From: a virus
Length of the DNA stretch: 64,000 nucleotides
IMG/VR virus record: IMGVR_UViG_3300044213_000170
Coordinates: 64,001 to 128,000 of that record
Strand: one strand, 5' to 3'
Program-made: the position numbers and the translations under genes
Shown here: piece after piece, positions 17,861-25,725 of the stretch
How the letters are laid out: the number at the start of each line of letters is the position of its first letter
Numbering within the stretch: the first letter of the stretch is position 1
Notes under the pieces: model-generated
The model's database searches: none
Told to the model about the DNA's origin: nothing
What the model saw: the letters and a program-made list of their open reading frames with translations, nothing else

Positions 17861-17938
17861 TGGCGCAGACCAAAGGACTCGAACCTTTGCGGGAATCTAG
17901 AATGCGGAGGACATGCCCCCTACCCCTCCATTATCTGC
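17861..17938 (-). ncRNA. tRNA-like RNA with acceptor stem, T-arm and CCA but remodelled D/anticodon half
   Basis: GCAGAT/GTCTGC-GCCA and GGTTCGAGTCC present; no canonical anticodon arm. Confidence 0.55.
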
Positions 17939-17945
17939 ATTAACT

Positions 17946-18021
17946 TGGTGCCGTCGCCATGAATCGAACACGGGACCTTCTCATTACAAGTGAGTTGCTC
18001 TACCAACTGAGCTACAACGGC
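17946..18021 (-). tRNA. tRNA-Thr(TGT)
   Basis: Cloverleaf, CCA. Confidence 0.95.
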
Positions 18022-18030
18022 TTTAATAAA

Positions 18031-18109
18031 TGGCGCACCGTACGAGATTCGAACTCGTGATCTCCGCCGTGACAGGGCGGCGCCTTAGGCCAGACTGAGC
18101 TAACGGTGC
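18031..18109 (-). tRNA. tRNA-Asp(GTC)
   Basis: Cloverleaf, CCA. Confidence 0.93.
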
Positions 18110-18114
18110 AAATT

Positions 18115-18190
18115 TGGCGCTCGGTAGGGGAATCGAACCCCTCTTCCCGCCGTGAAAGGGCGGTGTCCTAGACCGATAGACGAACCGAGC
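18115..18190 (-). tRNA. tRNA-Glu(TTC)
   Basis: Cloverleaf, CCA. Confidence 0.95.
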
Positions 18191-18272
18191 ATAATATCTT
18201 GAGACGGTGGAATCAAACCACTCTAGTCAGCATCTTCTCTGTGAAGATGCCCGTAATCATACTCCTCAAAAT

Positions 18273-18339
18273 ACTATATGTAAGTACACTACTCATCGGC
18301 TGTGCCATTTGACTGTTCGGCAATGTACTTGCATATAGT
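18273..18339 (-). ncRNA. Stem-bracketed small RNA, unit E
   Basis: Stem ACUAUAUGCAAGUACAUU/AGUGUACUUACAUAUAGU. Confidence 0.5.
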
Positions 18340-18455
18340 TTAGGGCTGTGGTCACTTTCGACTTAACATTTAACTAAGGCTTTCTTTATGCATTTATATC
18401 CTTAGCACCCTTCTTAAACATTATTATAAAAGAAAATACTTTTATTGTCAACTAT

Positions 18456-18541
18456 GTAGTGGATGCGGTTGGAGTCGAACTTACTCATCCGAAGAAACTG
18501 GGTTACAGCCAGCCACACCTCTCCAACTGTGTCGCACTTCC
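18456..18541 (-). pseudogene. Degenerate tRNA-Tyr(GTA), paralog of the adjacent gene
   Basis: Shares D-loop and variable-arm sequence with 18549-18634; broken T-stem, no CCA. Confidence 0.7.
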
Positions 18542-18548
18542 ATTAATT

Positions 18549-18634
18549 TGGTGGGTAAGGATGGATTCGAACCAACTCATCCGAAGGAAAGAGATTTACA
18601 GTCTCCCGCGCCTCTCCAACTGCGCCGCTTACCC
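18549..18634 (-). tRNA. tRNA-Tyr(GTA)
   Basis: Long variable arm, loop CTGTAAA, CCA. Confidence 0.92.
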
Positions 18635-18714
18635 ATAGTACATATTATATCGAAAAAAATAATTTTCGTCAACTAAAAAAAAAATAGCCGTAAACTTGTT
18701 AAGGCTATTTTGTT

Positions 18715-18789
18715 TGGTGGAGGATAGCGGGGTCGAACCGCTGACTGAAGCTTGCAAAGCTACCGTGTTCCCAACTATACCAATCCCCC
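18715..18789 (-). tRNA. tRNA-Ala(TGC)
   Basis: G3:U70, loop TTTGCAA, CCA. Confidence 0.93.
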
Positions 18790-18800
18790 CGATAACTTAT

Positions 18801-18974
18801 TTATTCTTCTTTGCCACGCTTGGTGGACTTTGCCAACCGATTATTAGTTTCAATCATCTTAGTATACATTTTGAAATACTCGCGACGATCGGTATTGTTT
18901 AAAATCCTTGCAGCACGGCGCTTAACCGCTTTAGGCATTTTTATTGCTTTAATGTCATATCCTCTACAGGTCAT
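18801..18974 (-). CDS. Small basic protein (MTCRGYDIKAIKMPKAVKRRAAR...)
   Basis: Manual translation, 57 aa. Confidence 0.55.
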   Translation of the reverse strand: MTCRGYDIKAIKMPKAVKRRAARILNNTDRREYFKMYTKMIETNNRLAKSTKRGKEE

Positions 18975-19049
18975 TTTATTTCTTTCAAAAATAATTAATT
19001 GTAGTTCAGTGTCCTCAGGTTTATCACTGATGTTTAGACGTTCAGAGCC

Positions 19050-19200
19050 GGACTTCCTAACGTCGAGTTCTTCCAGGACTTGTTACTCGGGCTACTAAGC
19101 CAGGTGCTCCTTTTCAGCTACCGCCCAAAATGGACAGTGGGGAGTTGAACCCCCTCCTGCTTTACACTAGTTCAACGTTCGAACATCTTACTAATGTGCT
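19050..19200 (-). ncRNA. Y-RNA (YrlA)-like RNA with a permuted tRNA-like domain
   Basis: T-arm, closed acceptor-like hairpin and D-like arm in that order, enclosed by a helix with one bulged pyrimidine. Confidence 0.5.
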
Positions 19201-19224
19201 TTTCACTTGCTAACACTACAAACT

Positions 19225-19300
19225 TGGTCTCCGTAGAAGGATTTGAACCTTCACCGCATGGTCCCAAACCATGAACGCTACCGGGTTACGCTATACGGAG
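19225..19300 (-). tRNA. tRNA-Pro(TGG)
   Basis: Cloverleaf, loop TTTGGGA, CCA. Confidence 0.93.
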
Positions 19301-19731
19301 TTTATACTTTTCAACATAATCGTCTATAATGGGCTGAACCTCATTAACATAACGACTATGAACATAACTATGATGTGTAGGACATAAAGGAACTAAATTC
19401 GCAGGTTCATTGTTATCATGGTTGTGATCGTGATGATGCACTGCTACAATTTTATCTTCCTCACACACTACACACTTTTTATCGTGGTGTAAGAAGCAAA
19501 TGGATTGATACTTTTCGCCCTTCCAATTACCGTTACTTTCACCACTTCTAAAATGCTTGTTTGAACAACTTCTACTGCAAGTACCTTTAGAGTTCTTGAA
19601 GTCCTTAATAGGGGTCGAACATACTATACATTCTTTTATATTAACAGGATTTAGATAACAATTATCCTCGTGCCGTTTAATATTTTGTGGTTCGTTTCTT
19701 TACCGCAGTATTGACAATTAATATGTTTCAT
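19286..19731 (-). pseudogene. HNH homing endonuclease with a 1-nt frameshift near 19690
   Basis: MKHINCQYCGKET... then, in another frame, NIKRHEDNCYLNP...CSRSCSN...CVVC...VHHHDHNHDNNEPANLVPLCPTHH; stop lies inside tRNA-Pro. Confidence 0.75.
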
Positions 19732-19800
19732 ACATTTATTTATCATTTAGCGCACAGAATGAGATATTCTCAAACAGACTGCTCTACACTCCGAAATCTC

Positions 19801-19876
19801 TGGTAGGACGTGACGGTCTCGAACCGCCGACATTCACGGTGTAAACGTGACGCTCTACCAACTGAGCTAACGTCCT
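19801..19876 (-). tRNA. tRNA-Val(TAC)
   Basis: Cloverleaf, CCA. Confidence 0.95.
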
Positions 19877-20029
19877 ATATCTTTTACTTATGTTTATTAT
19901 ACAGACACAAATAATAAATGTCAAATAATTTTTGCAATTTCCGGTGCAAAAACTGCACTTGCAAATGCTATATAAAATAATAATATCAACATACTCTAAT
20001 CCTCTAGACTATAGTATATTTAATATGTA

Positions 20030-20103
20030 TGGAGCGGAATATCAGAATCGAACTGATGACGTCTGCTTGGAAGGCAGTGGTTTTACCATTAAACTAATCC
20101 CGC
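20030..20103 (-). tRNA. tRNA-Gly(TCC)
   Basis: Cloverleaf, CCA. Confidence 0.95.
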
Positions 20104-20113
20104 ATTTTATTCT

Positions 20114-20190
20114 TGGTGCCTTGACCTGGATTCGAACCAGGGACCTACGCCTTATCAAGACGGTGCTACTACCAGCTGAGCTATCAAGGC
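20114..20190 (-). tRNA. tRNA-Ile(GAT)
   Basis: Cloverleaf, CCA. Confidence 0.93.
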
Positions 20191-20195
20191 CAATT

Positions 20196-20280
20196 TGGTG
20201 CCCCCCAAGAGACTCGAACTCTCACGCCTTGCGGCGCTGGAACCTAAATCCAGTGCGTCTACCAATTTCGCCAAAGGGGC
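20196..20280 (-). tRNA. tRNA-Leu(TAG)
   Basis: Long variable arm, CCA. Confidence 0.95.
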
Positions 20281-20289
20281 AATGATGTT

Positions 20290-20366
20290 TGGCTCCTCGA
20301 CGTGGGCTCGAACCACGGACATCTTGATTAACAGTCAAGCGCAACTACCAACTGTGCTATCGAGGA
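20290..20366 (-). tRNA. tRNA-Asn(GTT)
   Basis: Cloverleaf, CCA. Confidence 0.95.
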
Positions 20367-20415
20367 ATAAAATTCAACAGTATATATTATATATGCGATA
20401 TAAATTTGCTGTCAA

Positions 20416-20516
20416 GTATTTTAGAACACACTAGTGATTCGACCTAGTAAATGGGCCCGCCACAATAGTTTATCGTTCTATCGGCCGAGTTATTCGTCTA
20501 ATGTGCTCTAAAATAC
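20416..20516 (-). ncRNA. Stem-bracketed small RNA, unit F
   Basis: Stem GUAUUUUAGAGCACAUU/AGUGUGUUCUAAAAUAC. Confidence 0.5.
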
Positions 20517-20693
20517 CTTCTTATTAAGAAGATATGTTAGGGTTGTACCCTAACCAGTTATCTGTACTTTGCTGTTATCGCCAGCATTTCATCCAACTGT
20601 CCGCCCATTTGTCACATTTTATATGGCGTTGTGTGCTGGCTCGCGTTGCCTTATCACGCCGAAAATTAACAATAGTCAATTTTCTTTTTACAT

Positions 20694-20728
20694 AAACAAA
20701 AACCCCAGGGTGTTTAATCCTGGGGTCC
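20694..20728 (-). terminator. Intrinsic terminator of the putative attenuator
   Basis: GGACCCCAGG-AUUAAACAC-CCUGGGGUUUUUGUUU. Confidence 0.85.
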
Positions 20729-20751
20729 TTAGAGTGGTTGTAGTGTTGTTT

Positions 20752-20895
20752 TTACGCTACAATGTCCCCCTGGACCCCGATCTTAATCTCCGGTGTACGA
20801 TCATTATGATTTCCAGTAACCATACACCAAGAGGCAGACATCGCCTGTCTCTGTTTGGCATAAAAGTTTACTGATGATGATAAAATCGTGTTCAT
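20752..20895 (-). CDS. Putative attenuator leader peptide containing all 20 amino acids
   Basis: MNTILSSSVNFYAKQRQAMSASWCMVTGNHNDRTPEIKIGVQGDIVA*; contains GGGGUCC, complementary to the terminator 5' arm. Confidence 0.7.
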   Translation of the reverse strand: MNTILSSSVNFYAKQRQAMSASWCMVTGNHNDRTPEIKIGVQGDIVA

Positions 20896-20905
20896 GATGT
20901 TTTGT

Positions 20906-20934
20906 ATTATATGTTATTTATACTTTGTTGTCAA
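20906..20934 (-). promoter_or_regulatory. Consensus sigma70 promoter with an embedded TATAAATA
   Basis: TTGACA-N17-TATAAT ending 10 nt before the leader ATG. Confidence 0.85.
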
Positions 20935-20975
20935 GAAGTTTTGATTATGTTGTAAAAATACAACAAATTAAAATT

Positions 20976-21060
20976 TGGTGCGCCTAGCCGGAATCGAACC
21001 AGCATGACCGAAGTCGGGAGATTTTAAGTCTCCTGTGTCTACCTATTTCACCATAGGCGC
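20976..21060 (-). tRNA. tRNA-Leu(TAA)
   Basis: Long variable arm, CCA. Confidence 0.95.
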
Positions 21061-21129
21061 ATTTGTTTTGCAATAACTCTATTGTAGCAATATTTCTATT
21101 TATTGTCAACAATATTTTGTTGTTATTTT

Positions 21130-21221
21130 TGGTACCAGCGGAGGGGATCGAACCCTCTCAAGAACGCTAATCTGGCGCTAAAAGTCTTATAAGGACTCTC
21201 TGACTTCCAAGTCTCGCTGGT
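21130..21221 (-). tRNA. Atypical tRNA with TAT (Ile) anticodon and long variable arm
   Basis: ACCAGCG/CGCTGGT acceptor, tiny D-loop, loop CTTATAA, CCA. Confidence 0.75.
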
Positions 21222-21226
21222 AAAAC

Positions 21227-21303
<77 letters not shown>

Positions 21304-21320
21304 GATTTTTCTATTATATG

Positions 21321-22295
21321 TTATTCTGCATTTATTGTCAATGACAAATTATTTATTGCATCTATCTGCTGAAATCGTAAATCCATCTTAGTAAACATAG
21401 AAGTATCTTGTTCGATTAAAATGCATCGACGATTTTTGTTAGATGCAGCAATACCAGTGCTTCCACTGCCCGCAAAAGTATCCAACACCATATCACCAGG
21501 TTTGGATAACAATTCAATAAAGTACTCTAACACTTCAGTAGGCTTTTGTGTGGGATGAATTTTATCTTTGCCCAATCCGCCGCTATAGGTAATTGTGTTA
21601 GGAATAACACATTCGATCAATCCGTTTGATCTTTTGCGATCAGCCAACATCTTTTTACTATCAGCTAATGCCTTAGCAAACGCCTTGTCGATTGGTATAC
21701 CTTGAGAGATATATTTGTATACGATACTGCTGACTTTGTCTGCCGCCGCATAACGCTCAACCATAGATCCTTCAGTCGCATCTGCATTAAATGTTCTAGA
21801 GCCCTTGGGTTTAATGCCGAACAAAACGTATTCACAGCCACTTACTGGATTTACTCGACGATTGAATGGGACTGCTGCAGGTTTTTTCCAAGTCCATACA
21901 CGCTTAGACTCAAACCCAGCGTCGTTCATTGCGGTAATGAGATAACTTAAATATCTATCACTGATAAAAATTGCAAAACTTCCGCCCTTACGAAGTTTTG
22001 TAAACCACATCCTTGCCCAATCATTTAACTGTTGTTGGAATTCTTCATGACCAACATCGTCCCAGTCGTTATCAAATTCTTCACTGAAATTTTGATTATG
22101 GATTGTTGTTTTATTTTTGCCGGTTTCCTTGTCGAGCCAAATTGGATTTGCACCGTTTTTACTGATATTGTAAGGCGGATCTGTCAACAACAAATCAATC
22201 GAAGAATCGGGTATTTGATGTGCAATTGTCAAACAATCGCCGTTTAATCTAGTAATCATAAATGTGATTATACAATAATTTGGATTTATTGTCAA
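21321..22295 (-). CDS. DNA amino-methyltransferase (N6-A/N4-C, beta class)
   Basis: DPPY precedes HPTQKP and DTFAGSGSTG. Confidence 0.92.
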   Translation of the reverse strand: MTINPNYCIITFMITRLNGDCLTIAHQIPDSSIDLLLTDPPYNISKNGANPIWLDKETGKNKTTIHNQNFSEEFDNDWDDVGHEEFQQQLNDWARMWFTKLRKGGSFAIFISDRYLSYLITAMNDAGFESKRVWTWKKPAAVPFNRRVNPVSGCEYVLFGIKPKGSRTFNADATEGSMVERYAAADKVSSIVYKYISQGIPIDKAFAKALADSKKMLADRKRSNGLIECVIPNTITYSGGLGKDKIHPTQKPTEVLEYFIELLSKPGDMVLDTFAGSGSTGIAASNKNRRCILIEQDTSMFTKMDLRFQQIDAINNLSLTINAE

Positions 22296-23779
22296 TATAC
22301 TATCATAAACCCTGGTAAATTATTACCGGGCATATGACTAGGGGCGTGATATTGGAATTTAAACTTTAAATCGGTGAACGGTTTCGCTGATGCAACTACT
22401 CCCCCCTCATCAGTGATATCCAATCTCCCCAAATATGCAGAACTTTGATTGACTACATTGGTCATCATTTTTGCATATTCTTCTGCATCAGGTCCTTTGG
22501 TCACTGCATTTAACGTGCCAACACCCAATGCATAAGTTAATATGTCTGTTGCAGCTTTAACTGGATTAGCTTTGAAACTAGGATATCCTGCTTCTTTTTC
22601 GGCGGCCTTGTCTTTTTTCATACCCATATAGAACTGACCGTCGGCAGGTAATCCTACAGGTCTTCCCCAAGGACCAGCAACCATTATTGGATAGATTGCC
22701 TTTAAGAAATCTCCGTAGTCTGTTGCACTATTGCCTTTTACTAAGGATTTCACTAAATTTTGAAGTGACGTCCAGTTATCAAATTCTCCGCCAAGGATCT
22801 CTACGGCTTTTTTATATTCAGGAATCTTAACAAAATTTGCAGCTTTTACCAACTTATCGACGTTCTTGCCGCCGGCATTAGGATGATATGCTTTAAATAA
22901 AGCAAATAGCTTTTCTTGTGTACTATCTTTCTTAATGGTTTTTTCAAAGTTATCCATTAAATCACTAATACTTCTGAAGCTAGTGCCACTACCTGTTAAA
23001 CTTTTAACACTAAACTTTGTAGAACCAACAATTACATCAACTAAAGGAAAATTGCCCTCGGCCGGAAATTCAATTGATTGATTGCCTTTAGCAAACATTA
23101 TAGGTGCTAATATTTCTCCAAAGTCTACACTCAATTGATTTCTTGCTCTATCAGTCAAATGTCGATTTACTTCCGGATCTAATGTAGTGTTGCCGCCACT
23201 GGCTGCTACATTAACTAAACCCAATAATATTTGCATTAATTCGGGACGAGTTTTTGTTTTTGCTAAGACTGCTTGTTGCGTAGCAGATATTAATTCGTCT
23301 TTTGTATATATTTTACCGGCTAACCCTAATGTTGTAGGTGTAAACTCTTTAATGCTTACACTAACGCCAGTCTCATCTGTCTTTGCACCAGAGCTAGCAA
23401 CAACCAGTGTATAAATTACTGTATTAACTACATTGTCCGCAGTATCATTGCCTTGTGGAGGTTTATTTGCTGATATAGGAGTGGCGCTTGTTTCGAAACT
23501 TAGAATATTGTTTCTATATTTGCCGCTGATTGCAGCCTGTTCAGGTTCTATTGGCAGGGAATCTAATCCATGCGATTGAAAATATTGCTTAATCGCTTGT
23601 TTCTCTGCTCCGAATATACGAATATAAAATACAGGGCTAATATTTTTTTTCTCCACTGCAAATCTGTAGTCAGGCAGTTGTTCTTGCAAATTTTTTGCAA
23701 GAGCCTGTGTTTCTGCGCGGGTCGCATATCGCGCCGCTACATCTAATTCTTCAGATATTGTTATTTCGTTAAATCTCAT
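22292..23779 (-). CDS. Hypothetical protein
   Basis: 495-aa ORF; TAAATA upstream; possible PD-(D/E)xK-like pattern (E..D..SVK). Confidence 0.75.
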   Translation of the reverse strand: MRFNEITISEELDVAARYATRAETQALAKNLQEQLPDYRFAVEKKNISPVFYIRIFGAEKQAIKQYFQSHGLDSLPIEPEQAAISGKYRNNILSFETSATPISANKPPQGNDTADNVVNTVIYTLVVASSGAKTDETGVSVSIKEFTPTTLGLAGKIYTKDELISATQQAVLAKTKTRPELMQILLGLVNVAASGGNTTLDPEVNRHLTDRARNQLSVDFGEILAPIMFAKGNQSIEFPAEGNFPLVDVIVGSTKFSVKSLTGSGTSFRSISDLMDNFEKTIKKDSTQEKLFALFKAYHPNAGGKNVDKLVKAANFVKIPEYKKAVEILGGEFDNWTSLQNLVKSLVKGNSATDYGDFLKAIYPIMVAGPWGRPVGLPADGQFYMGMKKDKAAEKEAGYPSFKANPVKAATDILTYALGVGTLNAVTKGPDAEEYAKMMTNVVNQSSAYLGRLDITDEGGVVASAKPFTDLKFKFQYHAPSHMPGNNLPGFMIVY

Positions 23780-23912
23780 AATGAATGTCAGTTTAGTTTA
23801 TTTATTAAAAAACGTCAAGTTTGAAAATCTATTTCCCATATCAGTAGAAACCATAGGTTTTGTGCAATGCAACATAAATATATTAGTAGAAACACTGATA
23901 TAGGATAAGCAC

Positions 23913-24086
23913 ATGACAAAAATTATTAAAAAAATTAAAATGATTATTTCAAAAAGTCAGTCTCTTCAGTCTGACCTAGAACTTTATATTTCTAAACGTC
24001 GGCCAACTAACCAAGTAGATGTAGAACGTGCAATTACTGACTTTTATCGCCAAGCAGCAAGAGGCGGATATAATGTATTTCGTTGA
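23913..24086 (+). CDS. Small hypothetical protein (MTKIIKKIK...SDLELYISKRRPTNQVDVE...)
   Basis: Manual translation, 57 aa, SD AGGA. Confidence 0.5.
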   Translation: MTKIIKKIKMIISKSQSLQSDLELYISKRRPTNQVDVERAITDFYRQAARGGYNVFR

Positions 24087-24258
24087 AATCTAATGGCATT
24101 TTATTTTTCTATCTTGGAAGATTAATCAGAAAAACAAGGACTATAACCATGAAAAATATTAAAGAATTCATTAATGAACTCGTTTATTTTGTACAGCTTT
24201 TTAAAAATAATTGGAAGCTAAAATTTACTGATATTTTACGGAACGAGTAAAGCATTAA

Positions 24259-24282
24259 CAAAAAGGGGCAATGCCCCTTTTA
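24259..24282. terminator. Bidirectional terminator
   Basis: AAAAAGGGGCAATGCCCCTTTT. Confidence 0.7.
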
Positions 24283-25032
24283 TTTTCTTTCTATGTCTTC
24301 TTCTATACAACTATCCCCGTATTGTATCTCTACTATTTTACAGGGCCAATCGTATGGGTTAATCAATTGATGCCAATGACCGACGGGTATATATACGCTC
24401 ATGTGTTGTTCTAGTTCTTTTGAGGGCAATGTATAACCATTATTCATCATGCTGTTTAATAGACATTTGCCCTCACTAACTAACCAAAATTCATTACGCT
24501 TAAAGTGTCGTTGCATACTTAGACTGCTGTACGGGTCAATAGTCAATTCCTTTACTTTACATCCATCTACTTCGTGTAATACACGATAGTATCCCCATTG
24601 ACGTTCTGTTTTTGGTGCTTTCCATTCTTGCAATATCCAGCTACTACTATTGGCTTTATTTTCGCCGCCGACGCCGAACATGAAAAGCACACCTTTACAA
24701 ATCATCTCAGGGATATTCAGTGCGGTTCGATCTCCCCCATTTGCAAAAATAATTTCATCGTTAGGATATTGGGTTTGCATTGCCCGAATAAACTCACAAG
24801 CACTGCCGTCGGCATCATCAAAGCCATATGCCGCATCAACTACGTCGATCGAACTAACGATTAGTTGTCGTTCATACAGTGGCATAAAGCTGCGGCCTTT
24901 CTTACGCTCAAGCCACTGATCGCTATTAACGCCTACTATAAGTTTATCACCAAGTGCTTTTGCCGCTTTAAAGTAAGCAATATGTCCGCTGTGTAGCGGA
25001 TCGAATCCGCCTGTTGTAAGTACTATTTTCAT
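24280..25032 (-). CDS. Cytidylyltransferase-like domain fused to a cupin (mannose-6-phosphate isomerase-like)
   Basis: TGGFDPLHSGH (HxGH), ANGGDR, ERQWG, LSMQRH..RNEFW. Confidence 0.88.
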   Translation of the reverse strand: MKIVLTTGGFDPLHSGHIAYFKAAKALGDKLIVGVNSDQWLERKKGRSFMPLYERQLIVSSIDVVDAAYGFDDADGSACEFIRAMQTQYPNDEIIFANGGDRTALNIPEMICKGVLFMFGVGGENKANSSSWILQEWKAPKTERQWGYYRVLHEVDGCKVKELTIDPYSSLSMQRHFKRNEFWLVSEGKCLLNSMMNNGYTLPSKELEQHMSVYIPVGHWHQLINPYDWPCKIVEIQYGDSCIEEDIERK

Positions 25033-25036
25033 AATT

Positions 25037-25489
25037 TTACAGTGTAATATCTTCCATCCCAGCAGTTCTTAGTCTGCTGATGTGACCTAGCATAAAGTTT
25101 TTACTTTCTATGCCTTTCATTAGTCCCAACCATTTATTGCGTACCAGTGCAACTTCATTTATAAGAGTTTCATAATCGATTACTTCATCCTCACCGTCGA
25201 CATACTTTTCAGCATCTCGACTGGTCAATGCTCGATTATAGTTTTCAAGATATTTTTGAAAATGTTTTTTACGAATTTTCTTAAGTTGAATATTCAAATA
25301 ATTCAATACTGCTTCAATTTCTTGCAATTGATTAAACCGATGCTCAGTTATACCAGGAAGATCCGAAATACTTCTTTCTAATCGCCCTCGCACACCACAA
25401 TCGAGTTTAGCTTCCTGTAGTTCATTTTCGTAATAATTAATGAACTCAGGAAGATTACCGATGTCTTGAACTATTTTATGATACCACAT
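25037..25489 (-). CDS. uvsY: Recombination mediator UvsY-like protein
   Basis: Helical, 150 aa, YVDGEDE...LRTAG, next to uvsX. Confidence 0.7.
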   Translation of the reverse strand: MWYHKIVQDIGNLPEFINYYENELQEAKLDCGVRGRLERSISDLPGITEHRFNQLQEIEAVLNYLNIQLKKIRKKHFQKYLENYNRALTSRDAEKYVDGEDEVIDYETLINEVALVRNKWLGLMKGIESKNFMLGHISRLRTAGMEDITL

Positions 25490-25725
25490 TAGTCTTCGTA
25501 GTCGTAATTTTCATCATCAGCATCGTCGTCGAAATTACCAGCATATTCGTCATAACTACGTTTAGTATATGTATCGATTGATGCAAACTCTTTTAACGAG
25601 TTGTCATCTAGCATATCAACTAACATACTCATGATAGTATCACTGGCTTCTTGCCGATCTTTTGCAGGAATATATTGTTTAAGGGTAGAATATACTTCGC
25701 CCAATACATCAACTTCTATAGTCAT
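25489..25725 (-). CDS. Hypothetical acidic protein
   Basis: Coupled ORF. Confidence 0.75.
   Translation of the reverse strand: MTIEVDVLGEVYSTLKQYIPAKDRQEASDTIMSMLVDMLDDNSLKEFASIDTYTKRSYDEYAGNFDDDADDENYDYED

Noticed and set aside
20416-20516. CRISPR array (TTTTAGAGC resembles a type II repeat start)
   Set aside because: Repeats are inverted and dispersed, not regularly spaced direct repeats; no cas genes in the window
12758-20874. ORF-track entries over tRNAs and ncRNAs (e.g. 12758-13174, 15114-15481, 17550-17962, 19932-20434, 20569-20874)
   Set aside because: They overlap cloverleaves or structured RNA and have no SD or protein motifs
23860-23875. TGTGCAATGCAACA as a PhaR-like operator
   Set aside because: Single short occurrence; insufficient support
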